A stretch of DNA of 64,000 bases from contig NC_135661.1 of NCBI RefSeq assembly GCF_964188315.1, positions 44,826,001 through 44,890,000 on the forward strand, given 5' to 3'. The notes under the pieces are model-generated. The model made no database searches. It worked only from the letters and a program-made list of their open reading frames with translations, and was not told the DNA's origin. The position numbers and the translations under genes are program-made. The stretch comes from Podarcis muralis (Eukaryota). Positions 36,701-46,745 of this stretch are shown here, piece by piece (positions within the stretch are counted from its first letter, which is position 1; each line of letters starts with the position of its first letter).

Positions 36701-38482
36701 GGGAGGTATCAGCCAGTACCAGCTCCCTGCGGGGGCCCTCTGGGTGCTTCTAGGCTCCCATCATTCCTGACCATTGCCATTGGCTGCCTAGAGCAGTTGG
36801 GCATTTGGATTCCCGCAACACCTGGAGTGCCGCAGGAGTGTCATCCCACCCTTGTTTTAGGGCAGTGTCAACCTTGGGTCCCCAGATGTTGTTGGACTAT
36901 AACTCCCATCATCCCTGAGCTCTGGCCTTGCTAGCTAGGAACGATGGGAGTTGTAGGCCAAAAGCATCTGGGGACCCAAGGTTGAGAAAGGCTGTTTTAG
37001 AGGGTGGTGGTGTGTGGAGGTTGCTGTATTGCCAGAGAAAGAGCATCACACCACCACTGCTCCTTCCACTTGCATTCCCCCCCCCAAACATGTGGCTGCC
37101 TGAGTCAAGCCTGCTTCTTCCATGGGGCCAGCAGGGCCGGCAGTTGAAGCAGCAGAAGTGGAAGTACTTCAGCAGCAAGAGAAACCTGCTGGATGCCAGC
37201 ACCATCCTCATAAGTGTGGCAGCTATTGGCCTTTATGCGAAGAGGCGCGTGCTGACAGAAGGCATCCTGAAGCAGCATCGCCAAGACCGCAACAAGTGAG
37301 TGTCTACCATCCGAAACAAGGGGCAGGGGCAGGCCCCCACTCAGCAGAGGCGGCTTTCACACACCCTAAAGCAAAACTCCCTCCATACCTCTGGCAGGTT
37401 CATCAGCTTCTATGAGATGGTGGAGGTTGACTCTGCTCTGACATACCTCATTGCTTTTCTGGTGGCCTTGACAACCATCAAGCTGTGGAACCTCCTGCGC
37501 CTAAATCCCAGAATGCACCTCATCACACAGACACTGCAGAAAGCCTGGGATGAGGTCCTGGGCTTCCTGCTCACACTTCTGGTGCTGCTTGTGGGTTATG
37601 CCATTGTGGTAAGAAGAGACCAGCCAACTGCAGGGAAACCAACCAAGGGCGGAGGGAAGAGCACCCCCACTTCCTGTGTCCTTATACCCCTCCCCCTATA
37701 TCACCTTCACTCTCTTGCCATCAGTGCAACCTCATGTTTGGATGGAGCGTAGATGACTACAAGACCTTCTTTCACTCAGCTGTGACCATCGTAGGGCTTC
37801 TCATTGGAATCTTTAATTATGAAGAGGTGAGTGCCATGCAGCCCCCCTTTAGGCTGAGGCACACTGCTAGGCTGCCCTTCCAGGACACCACAGATTGCAG
37901 CAGACCCCCAGCCCCATTCAGCTCCCAGCTCAGCACCCAGAGAGACCTGCATGGATTTCAGCTTTCTGGGTCTAGAATGCCATGCTTCCCTGTGCCCTGC
38001 AAAGCACAGCACGGCCAACAGCTCTCTGCTAAGTGCATATGTAGGCACAGGGGACATAACTGTGCTCTTCATGCTTAGGTCATTGCTGTGGACCCCGTGT
38101 TTGGCGCTGTGCTGATTGTAACCAGCGTCATCTCCATGGTGTTTGTGATCATCAACCTGTTTGTCTCTGCCCTTTTGACGACCTTCAGCCGGGAGATGAA
38201 GGCTGCCAAGGTAGGTGTAAGCCCAAGCGGCTGGTGCTGCTCATCACCAGCCACCAGCCAAGCTTCAAGCAATTAAGCCTTCATGAGAAGCTGCTTGTGC
38301 CGCAGCCACCCCTCAGGATCTGAGTTCACATATAAGGCATCTCTCTCTCTCCCGGTTCATCACAACAGGCCAGCAAGGAGGAATCCATGTTGCAGCTGAT
38401 TCAACTGAAGATTTCCACCTTGTTTGGAATCAAGAAACAGCCACCCTTCCCAGCAGCTTCCCGAAAGGAGCCACAGGACTGA
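21709..38482 (+). CDS. PKD1L3: Polycystin-1-like 3 (C-type lectin, P/S/T-rich stalk, GAIN/GPS, PLAT, 11 TM with TOP and channel domain); ~1772 aa
   Basis: Predicted exons 21709-21997, 22637-22726, 23055-23095, 23248-23679, 24155-24286, 24496-24660, 24918-25051, 25833-25959, 26085-26210, 26429-26657, 27439-27623, 27798-28028, 28347-28448, 28770-28948, 29746-29892, 30339-30532, 30946-31142, 31263-31431, 31629-31821, 32758-33010, 33352-33454, 33583-33726, 34878-35063, 35502-35793, 36155-36288, 36461-36585, 37135-37295, 37398-37608, 37725-37826, 38079-38210, 38369-38482; total 5319 nt, phases consistent. Motifs CYYW...W...[65 protein letters not shown]. Position tail-to-tail with IST1 matches the mammalian locus. 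Junctions around exons 2-4 are the least certain. Confidence 0.93.
25345..25510 (-). mobile_element. MIR-like tRNA-derived SINE fragment
   Basis: CAACCCTGCGAGGTAGGTTGGGGCTGAGAGATAGTGACTGGCCCAAAGTTACCCA...GGATTTGAACCCTGGTCTCC is the reverse complement of a tRNA head plus CORE-like region. Confidence 0.7.
26933..27068. mobile_element. 136-bp hairpin MITE (hAT-type)
   Basis: TIR CAGGCTTCCTCAAACT / AGTTTGAGGAAGCCTG, near-palindromic body (GACTACAATTCCCATCA / TGGGAGTTGTAG), 8-bp TSD CTGTATGG / CTATATGG with one mismatch. Confidence 0.85.
34081..34311. mobile_element. Tc1/mariner (Tigger-like) MITE
   Basis: TIR CAGTGTTACCTCGGGTTA / TAACCCGAGGTACCACTG flanked by TA on both sides; internal TCAGGTTA repeats. 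Confidence 0.88.
34438..34728. mobile_element. CpG-rich non-autonomous DNA element
   Basis: Short imperfect termini GGGCGTAG / CTACGTCC enclosing a CpG-rich island within an intron; no TSD confirmed. Confidence 0.35.
36626..36995. mobile_element. Cluster of hairpin MITEs in PKD1L3 intron
   Basis: Repeated GGACTACAACTYCCATCA motifs; inverted arms CAACCTTGGGTCCCCAGATG / CATCTGGGGACCCAAGGTTG at ~36868-36984. Confidence 0.7.
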
Positions 38483-39748
38483 AGTGGCATCATCCCACCT
38501 CCCCATTTGGACAGCTCTTTTCTATCCTAAAATGGGAAGGGTCACCATTTTCCAAGTATCACCAATGTACATGCTATCTTTAAGAATATCAGAGGTCAGC
38601 TGGGCTGGCAAGAAAATCTGTATGGCTTTTCTCCCACTTTTAAGCTGCCCCTCCCGCTCTTCAGCTAATTTACCATGTGATCTTGACTCAACATTACCTC
38701 ATGCTACATCCTACTTCCTTTATCCTCGACACGCCTTTGAGTTGTTGGGACTAACCAAGGCAGAACAAATCTGACTGCCCAGAAATCCCCTGCTGCTGCC
38801 CTGCAGGTTGAAGAGCAAAACCGATCTTACTGCCTTCCAGCCCAAAGGCCGGTCAAGTCCCTAAACAGCAGGAGCCAGTTTCTTCTCTGCCCAAAGAGGC
38901 AGAGCAAAGGAGGGCTGTTCTTATTTATAGCCAATCCCAAATACTCAGTGGTGCACATCAATTAAGCCTTACAAATCAATTTATTTTTCATGTCGCTGAG
39001 GAACTCTTTACCTATTGCAGGGCTTAACCCCTGAGGAGACAAACAGGGAATTGTAGATTATACTCCTCTACCCAGCCACAGATTTGAAGAACTCATATGA
39101 CAAAGGTGGGTCTGTTGAGATGCACAAAGGATACACTGTTTCAAGGTGAACCAGAGGGAGGAGATAGAAGGGTGGGTGGGGAAGAAGAGTGACTATTGCC
39201 CCTACCCACCCAGAGAGCTCAGTTTGCCCAGTGGGAGAGATCAAATCCATGAAAGGAATCCAATCCTGCCTTTCCTTAAAGGCAGCCAACCTCCAAGATG
39301 CAAGGATCCTTAAGCAGCCCTTACCTTAATCCAGAGGGGACCCTTCAGCCTGGCCCAAGCAGAAAGCACTCACCCCCCTGCTCCAACCTGTAAAGGTCAG
39401 CATAAATCCTACAAGGGCTAATTTCTCAAGAATGATAGCTTGACAGTTCTATCACATCACTGCAGAGAAGGACAGCTGCTTCAGCACCCAGGCACTTCCC
39501 CGTGCCCTGCAGGACAGGTGGCCCGCTCTTCTGAAGCTGCCCCTGCTGCCACCAACCACAATGTCTTGTGGGAAGCAAGTCTAAAGGGAGCCTCATAAAT
39601 TCGCCTGTGGGCGGTGGTTGTGGGCTGCACTGCAGATCCTCAGGTGTGCGATCCAAACTGATAGGACTTGTTCCAAAATATAACTGCGAAGCCAAAGTAA
39701 AGGCAACACATTTGCATGCTCCTTTTTGCCAATATTTCCCTTTCCCTC

Positions 39749-39754
39749 AATAAA
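39749..39754 (+). terminator. Candidate PKD1L3 polyadenylation signal
   Basis: AATAAA ~1.27 kb downstream of the stop codon. Confidence 0.35.
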
Positions 39755-39941
39755 TAGTACTCCTTGTTTGACTGGAAGTGTGACTGTCAGTCTGAAGGAA
39801 CGGCCATGATAAGAACTGGTGGCAGCTGCCCCTCCATGTTGTAAACATACCATGCCTCCTTTGCTTCCCCTCCACCACTGCCAGAAGCCAGGAAATGTTA
39901 TGTTTCACTTGAGACAGATCCAGTCAAGGCTATTCCTCAAC

Positions 39942-39947
39942 TTTATT
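39942..39947 (-). terminator. Candidate IST1 polyadenylation signal
   Basis: TTTATT on + (AATAAA on -) ~850 nt after the IST1 stop. Confidence 0.5.
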
Positions 39948-40800
39948 TAGAATTAATAGAGAAGATACAAACCAATCAAATTGTCCCAGAAAAGCCACAT
40001 GAAAGAGTTACATACAGAGTGTTACATGGGAGAGCTGAGGTTGGCTGCTGGCACTGCAGCTGGTCTGTAAGAGCAGCAGAAGTTGCTGGATGTGTTGCTG
40101 CTGCTGTCACCACCACCACCCATGGCTTTGCCCTATAGGCAAGGGAAGAGGCTAGAGAACCAGGAGTGATGGCACATGTCAAGCAATGGCCCTGAACCCA
40201 GCCTGATGCAGAGCCACGTTAAGGCAGAACTGGGCTCACTCAAAGCTAGGAAAATGTGCCTGCTGCTCTGCAAGCCAGAGGCAGGAGGACCACTGAGCCA
40301 CGAGGAGTGTAGACTGGTCAACTCCTGTGCCCCACAGCATCCCTCCCCAAAGGAAAGTCATAATGGCCCCGGAGGGCTCCCTGAGAACGTGGCAGGCAAA
40401 ACAAAGCTATCAGGGGCCCAGAGCAGCTCCCCTTCCACAGCACATGCCTGGAGGGGGGGGGGGCGCTTCTGTCCAACTACGTTGCCCAGAATCTTCAGGT
40501 TGGTGTCCCTACACCACTGTCTGTCCAAATGAGAGGCCACCTACATCACTCCCTTTCCCCTCTAATGCCCGGCTGCAGACTGCAGAGCAATGCATTCGGA
40601 GGGATTGTTCCTGCTCCCATCTCAAAGAGGCTGTGCAGTCCCCCACTCCTGGAGCAGAATGTCAGAAAAGCAGTGGCATTTGGTGTAAGTACAGAAGGAA
40701 GAAAGGCCAAGCGGAGGAAGAGGAACGAGCACTTGGCCGTGCTAAGAGGGAAGGAGGAGGCAGCAATCAGGCCCATCGGCCCCCTGTTCAGGGGCTCTTT

Positions 40801-41238
40801 TTAAGTTTTCTTCTTCAGTTCCTCAAACCTTCGAGAGAGGTCATCGAAGTCAATGTCTTCTGAGGCGGAAGTGTTGGCACCAGCAGAAGCGGCAGGCAGC
40901 GTGTCTGGCACAGATGGCAACTCTGGCAGCACAAAATTATCGCCCGAACTAGGAACTGCAGCTGGTGGCCTCCCCCTCGGCTGTGGCTTTGGGGCTGGTC
41001 CTGCAGCAGACAAGAGTGACTGGTTACAAGCAGTGGGCAGGCTCAAGGCAGCGAAAACAGTAGTCTACCTAACAGTAGTAGGGGCAGGGGTAGGACCATT
41101 CTTCTTTTTGCTGTACTACAGTTAGTATATGTCCTGCAGAAGCGAGCACTTGCTGCACTTTAGTTAAGTCTTGCAGCTCCTACCAGTTGCTAAAGGGGCC
41201 CAAGCTCTCTGCCATGAAGAGTCCCAGTCTCTGCCCCC

Positions 41239-41281
<43 letters not shown>

Positions 41282-44200
41282 CTCCCTCAGCAACTCAAGA
41301 GCAAACTCGAGTGAAGGGGACCAACTATAAACACAAGCACCAGCTTTCCCCTGACATCACCACCTCCCTGCCTCCTCACTGCCTTGCCAGCTCCACAGCC
41401 TCCCCCTCCGGCCCTGAACTCACCGGTCACCTGTGGGGATGGCAATTCCTTGTCAGCACCCATGTCATCAATCTGAAACAGAAAAAAGCTGGCTTTGCAT
41501 GGAGCACCCCACACAGAACCACCACCTGACAACTCCCTAGAGGCCTATATGCAAAGCAGAAGACCATATCTGGTGTTCCCATCTTCTTTATGCAGCCTTG
41601 CCATACAGCAGAAGGAAGGAGGAAATGAGGGATCTGGAGGAGGAGGAAGCAGTCGTGGTGAGCCTGGCCTGGTGGTGCCATAGGTGAGGGAGAGCCGTTC
41701 AGCATGGCTGACTACCTGACTAGAAAGTGGCCCTGGCTATGTCCCCCAAGGATGGCCTGTAGCTCTTCACCATTGCTGGCAGTCTCACCTTCAACCTGAC
41801 ATGAAGCACCACCACCAGCAACCACAGAAGTCTGGAGAGCAGTAGCTGAACATTTCCACACTCTCCACTCCACACCCATTTCCACACTCTCTAGCTGCTC
41901 AGCCCACCCCCACATCTCATCCTCTACCCCTGCTGGCCAATGTCCTCTGCTCATGCTTTCCATGGGCAGCAGCCTGGTCTCTGAGACCAAGGTGACCTCT
42001 GAGTCACTGCCTGCAAGCTCATCCAGGCTGCTGAGATCATGCTGAAGCTCCCTTGGTATCATTATCACAGCCCCTCCCTCCTGCCTGGTAGACTCAAGTA
42101 GCTGCCCTGCTCGATCCCCTCAGCGGCTGCCTCCTCCACCACCACATCGTCAACCAAGGTGCGGCTGAAGAAGCTGGAGCAGCTCCTGGTGGACAGGCTG
42201 CAGGGCCACTGCTGGACCCCCTGGTCGTCCTCTAAACCAAGTGCAGTTGCCACTCGCTGCTCCAGAGGGACAGGCTTGTCTTGGACTTCCTCAAGTGGGA
42301 ATGAGACTCCTGATTATTGAAAGTGACCTGGGCAAGTTTCTCCTCAACGATGCCTAGGCACTCAACATCCACCTTACCACTGGCGGTAGGCCTAAGAGCC
42401 CCATCATCTCCACCATGGCCCACTACTCGAGGACCCCAGCCAGTGCAACATCTGGCATTATGTGCATTTATGTGTATTTTAATGAACTGAACAGAGTGAA
42501 AGATTATGAGTCATGGGGGTACAGAGACTGTGTGAATGAACTTAGTGCTTAGCTTATATTTTTAATTGCTATTTTGTTAATGTTTTTAATATTGTTTTAT
42601 AGATTCTATAATTGATTTGTTAATCACATGACTTGCTGTAATTGTGAGGTTTAGCTTATTTTTTAGCTGCTGTTTTGTTAAGTTTTTTATAGATTGCCAC
42701 TGTTTTATTGATGTTTTATTGATAATTTGTTAATTATTTTATATGATGTATGCTGTATTTGCGACATGCTAGTATGTTTTATTATGTTATGGCTATTTAT
42801 TGTTTGTAAGCTGCTTTGAGATGAAAAGCAACATAGAATGAATGAATGAAAAGCCAACATAGAAATGCAATAAATCAAAATCATATCAAAGATGCATGAA
42901 GTTTGCTGCAAGCTCAAATCCAGTGGATGGCAACTCCTCAGTCAGTCCAAGCGGGAAGGCCTGCCAATACCCAGCATTAGACTAGGGACAGCAACAGTCC
43001 CAGCAGAGAGGACTTGCCCTCCCAGCAATTCAGCTTTTGTTTTTCATCAGCAGTACTTACAGACTCATATGTTGGAGGTGTTGCTGGAATCTGAGGTGGG
43101 TGAAGGTTGGTGAAAGGCTGGTAGGTGCCCACCGGTAGCCCGTTGAAGTGCTCCTAAAAGGAGAAATTGTTAAGTCAGACCAGCACCCCTTTCTAATGGC
43201 ATAATCAGATAGGCAATACCTGCCAGAACAGCTGGAAAACCTTGTTCACACAGCAGGTAGTGAGGTGTGCTCAGATGCTAACTCACCACAGTAGACTGCT
43301 ATCCTTTCCTCCCCCCCCCCCCACTACCACCCCCAATCCCAACTTTACAGACTCCTGTTTCAAGCAAGACATAGGACTTACTGGTCCCTTTGGAGGTGGG
43401 TATGCAAAAGGGGGAGCTGGAGACGGCATGGGCATGGGCATTGGCATTGGCACAACTCCATCAGGACCAGCCATTGGGGTCATGAAGCCGCCGCCGCCGC
43501 CACCACCACCTCCATGGCCACCTTTCTTTGTATCATCCACGAATCCCACATCAATCAGGTCAGCTTCCACGCCTGCGGGAGCCTCAGCCTGGGAAGAGGA
43601 AGAAGCTGATGTCACATGTGGGAAAGGGAGCTGCTACTGAGGGAATTGAGAGTGGAACTGCCTCCCAGTCACTCACCATGACAACAGAGTCTGGCTCATA
43701 GGGCACGTTGTAGTTCTTTGCGATCTCAATCAGGTACCTCTCCACTAGGATTTTGGGAGGTGCCTCTACGCTCAACTTGTGCATCAGCTGGAAGGGAGGG
43801 AGGGAAGAGTGAGCCCTTCACTGAGCTGGGCAGGTCAAGAACACTTACCTAGCTAAGAGATATCCAAGCCAGAAAAAAGATAAGTTTCTACCTTGCCTGG
43901 TGAAGCACCACAGGCAGGACCACCTGCTGCAAACAACTCATCTTTATGAAGCACTGATATCGTTCCCTCCCATAAGAACAGCCTGCTAGATCAGCCTGTC
44001 TAGCCCAGCATCCTGTCCTCACAGTGGCCAAACAGATGCCCCAACAAGAAGCCCCTGAGTGGAGCAGCAGCAGTGCTGCGATTCCCAGCAACTGACTTCA
44101 GGAGCAGATCACTTCTGACAGCAGAGGAAGATGTAGCCATTGTGGTTAGTAGCTTCTGAGAGCCTTACCGCCATCTCACCCCCATGATGCCCTTCCCATT

Positions 44201-46215
44201 CCACTCACCCTGTCATTGACGGTCCCAATCTGGTTGCTCCGGCACAACTTGCCATACTCTTTGCTGTACTTGGCACAGAGCTGGTCAGCAACCTAGTATG
44301 GAAATGGCACACTCAAAACAGAGTCCAGGCACCACTGACTCCCCTCTATTTAAGACAGGGCACAGCAACGATCGCAGCACCCCTGGACAAAAGGTTCAGG
44401 AGTTTGGAGACTGGAGCCAACCTAAACTCCCAGATCAAACAAGAAAGTCACCAAGTTCTCTGAGCATCCTGTGAGGATAGATCAAAGTCTTTCCCCAACT
44501 GCTGCCCCCAGATGTCCAGGAAGGCTGAGCAGCCTGCCAAGACACAACTGGCACTACTCACCATTTTCAGCTCAGCCACCTCCGCTTGCAGTCGGGGGGC
44601 AGCCCAGATGAGGGTGGAGACAGCTTCTGCCAGGCCGGAGTCCAGCTCCCTGAAGGGACACAAAGTAAGGCAAGAGTGAACAAGTAGTTGAAAGACAAGG
44701 AGGACAAATAGGTCCCAGACCGAGGGGAGGGGACACGTGGCAGGCACCCAGCACCCTCTTCCCCATAGGCCAAGACCTTACTTCATAGATTGTATGAGGC
44801 CAAAGCGTGCCAGAAGCAAGTCACAGTAGAGCTCCAGGATCTCCATGGCCTCCACCAAGTAGTCCTCCCGGATGATGTGCTCCACACGGATGCGAGCCCG
44901 CTCATCTTTGCCAGCAGACAAGTAGTCAGCAATTTCCTTCCGTGCCTTCTGGGCTAGCTCAGCTGCAAGAAAAGGATTCATCATGGGGCAGCAGGGGAGG
45001 CCCACAAGCCTGGCCCTGCCTGGGGTGTTTGTGTATGCAAAGAGAGGGGCTCCACCAAGAAGGCCTGTGGGTTGTCTCCAACTAAATTACCATATCTTTC
45101 GCCCTATAGGACGCACTTTTTCCCCTCCAAAAATGAAGGCGAAATGTGTGTGCGTCCTATGGGGCGAACACAGGCTTTCGCTGAAGCCTGGAGAGCGAGA
45201 GGGGTCGGTGCGCACCGACCCCTCTCGCTCTCCAGGCTTCGCGCAGCTCTCCGCAAAGCACAGGAGCCCAGCGCTGGGCTCCCATGGCTTGCGGAGAGTT
45301 GCCTGCATGCTGAAGCCTGGGTGCGCTGAGCTCAGCACGCCCAGACTTTGCGCAGCTCTCCGCAAGGCGCAGGAGCCCGGTGCTGGGCTCCCACAGCTTG
45401 TGGAGAGTTGCCTGTTCTGGGGGCTGGGGTCGGGGGAAGCTTGGGCTTCCCCTACCCCCGCCCCACACCTGGGGGGGGAAAATACATTTTCCCCCTTTAT
45501 TTCCCCCCCAAAAAACTAGGTGCGCCTTATGGGACGGTGCGTCCTATAGGGCGAAAAATACGATATACTCAGAATAAACATATTGAAATTAAGTAACCAT
45601 GTCCATTCAATGAGTATAGTGGGGCTAGAAATGGACACAAGTCCACAAACCTAAGAACTCTTCACAGAATCCACACCCCCATCCCAATGACCACAATTCT
45701 CAGCATCTTTGAAATACAGTACACACACACACAAGCAATTCCACACTTAAACTCTGACATGTCAAAATAAATTAAAACAATTCTTTTAAAAGATAGTTAA
45801 AAAGACTCTTCTTAAAAACCTAAAAACTCCCTTTAAAAAATCAAGTCTTCAAAAAAGTTATATGATCTAAGAAAGTCTTTAAAAGAATCCTTCCAAAAGA
45901 ATTTAAAAATTATAATGTAGCACCCTAGAGACCAACTGAGTAGTATAAGCTTTCGTGTGCATGCACACTTCTTCAGATACACTGAAACAACATGTGCAGG
46001 CTATAAATTAAGCATCTCTTAATTTATAGCCTGCACATGGTGTTGTAGGACACCACGACTACCAGCAACCTCCTGAATCACTGCTTTGGTGATGAGGTCA
46101 AGGAATTAGGTAGGAAAGTCCACTCACTTTTCTTTTTCTCCAACAGTTTAAGGCGATTGATGACAAGACGTAGGTTGACTCGCAAGCGCTCGGCCTTGAA
46201 CCCAGAGCCTAACAT
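40801..46215 (-). CDS. IST1: IST1, ESCRT-III associated factor; 366 aa, 9 coding exons
   Basis: Exons 46215-46128, 44962-44782, 44649-44562, 44292-44209, 43787-43677, 43588-43382, 43153-43061, 41472-41424, 41000-40801 (1101 nt). MLGSGFKAERLRVNLRLVINRLKLLEKKK at the N-terminus; C-terminal MIM region DNFVLPELPSVPDTLP...DIDFDDLSRRFEELKKKT. Confidence 0.98.
41240..41279. repeat. (AC)20 microsatellite
   Basis: Direct observation. Confidence 0.95.
42560..42855 (+). mobile_element. L2-like LINE 3' tail (T-rich, ending (GAAT)n)
   Basis: Duplicated T-rich blocks, GTAAGCTGCTTTGAG motif and ATAGAATGAATGAATGAA tail. Confidence 0.5.
45090..45563. mobile_element. Tc1/mariner (pogo/Tigger-like) MITE with internal palindromes
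   Basis: TIRs CCATATCTTTCGCCCTATAGGACGCAC / GTGCGTCCTATAGGGCGAAAAATACGA with TA flanks; perfect 58-bp palindrome at 45183-45240; ~64-bp direct repeat at ~45242 and ~45351. Confidence 0.88.
45916..45990 (-). mobile_element. Penelope-like element terminal repeat fragment
   Basis: Minus strand reads GTTTCAGTGTATCTGAAGAAGTGTGCATGCACACGAAAGCTTATACTACTCAGTTGGTCTCTAGGGTGCTAC, the usual sauropsid Penelope pLTR motif set. Confidence 0.8.
45943..45980 (-). ncRNA. Minimal type I hammerhead ribozyme motif (PLE-type)
   Basis: GUAU-CUGAAGA-A-GUGUGCAUGCACAC-GAAA-GCUU-AUAC: CUGANGA and GAAA core, palindromic stem II, 4-bp stem I, palindromic AAGCUU stem III. Confidence 0.7.
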
Positions 46216-46556
46216 GGTGTAGAATTCCTGCCAAGAATACAAGAGAGAAAAAGCCTACTGCCATGTGTGTTAAAGGCAGACAGCTAGCAGTTTCCTGTAT
46301 AGATATATTCTACTTGTAATATTTATATATTGGTTTGCACATTTAAAGCCATTCCAGAGTTATTTAGAATAAAATACAAAATACATTTAAAATTCAAAAA
46401 AATGATACAAATATAAAACACAAAAAGTGCTCAAAAATTAATCTAAACACAATATTCCCTGCTCTACACAAGCAGGACACCAGTATTCTCAAAAATCTCA
46501 ATCATCAGCGCTGTCCAAATGCTGAGAATAACTTTTTTGCATGGTTCTAGATTCAG

Positions 46557-46745
46557 GTAGGTAGCTGTGTTGGTCTAACGCAGTCAAAATAAAATAAAAA
46601 AATTGTCCAGGAGCACCTTAGAGACCAGCTAAGTTTGTTCTGGGTATAAGGTTTCGTAGGTATCTGAAGAAGTGTGCATGTGCACGAAAGCTTATACCCA
46701 GAACAAACTTAGGTAGCCTCTAAGGTGCTGCTGGACATTTTTTAA
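46557..46745. mobile_element. Penelope-like inverted terminal-repeat remnant
   Basis: Inverted arms 46604-46650 and 46691-46737 (TGTCCAGGAGCACCTTAGAG...GGGTATAAG / CTTATACCC...CTCTAAGGTGCTGCTGGACA). Confidence 0.8.
46659..46698 (+). ncRNA. Minimal type I hammerhead ribozyme motif (PLE-type)
   Basis: GGUAU-CUGAAGA-A-GUGUGCAUGUGCAC-GAAA-GCUU-AUACC; 5-bp stem I. Confidence 0.65.

Noticed and set aside
7909-38482. One giant PKD1L gene with an internal duplication
   Set aside because: A second signal-peptide and lectin first exon at 21709 and an in-frame stop at 18177 indicate two genes, although read-through cannot be excluded without RNA data.
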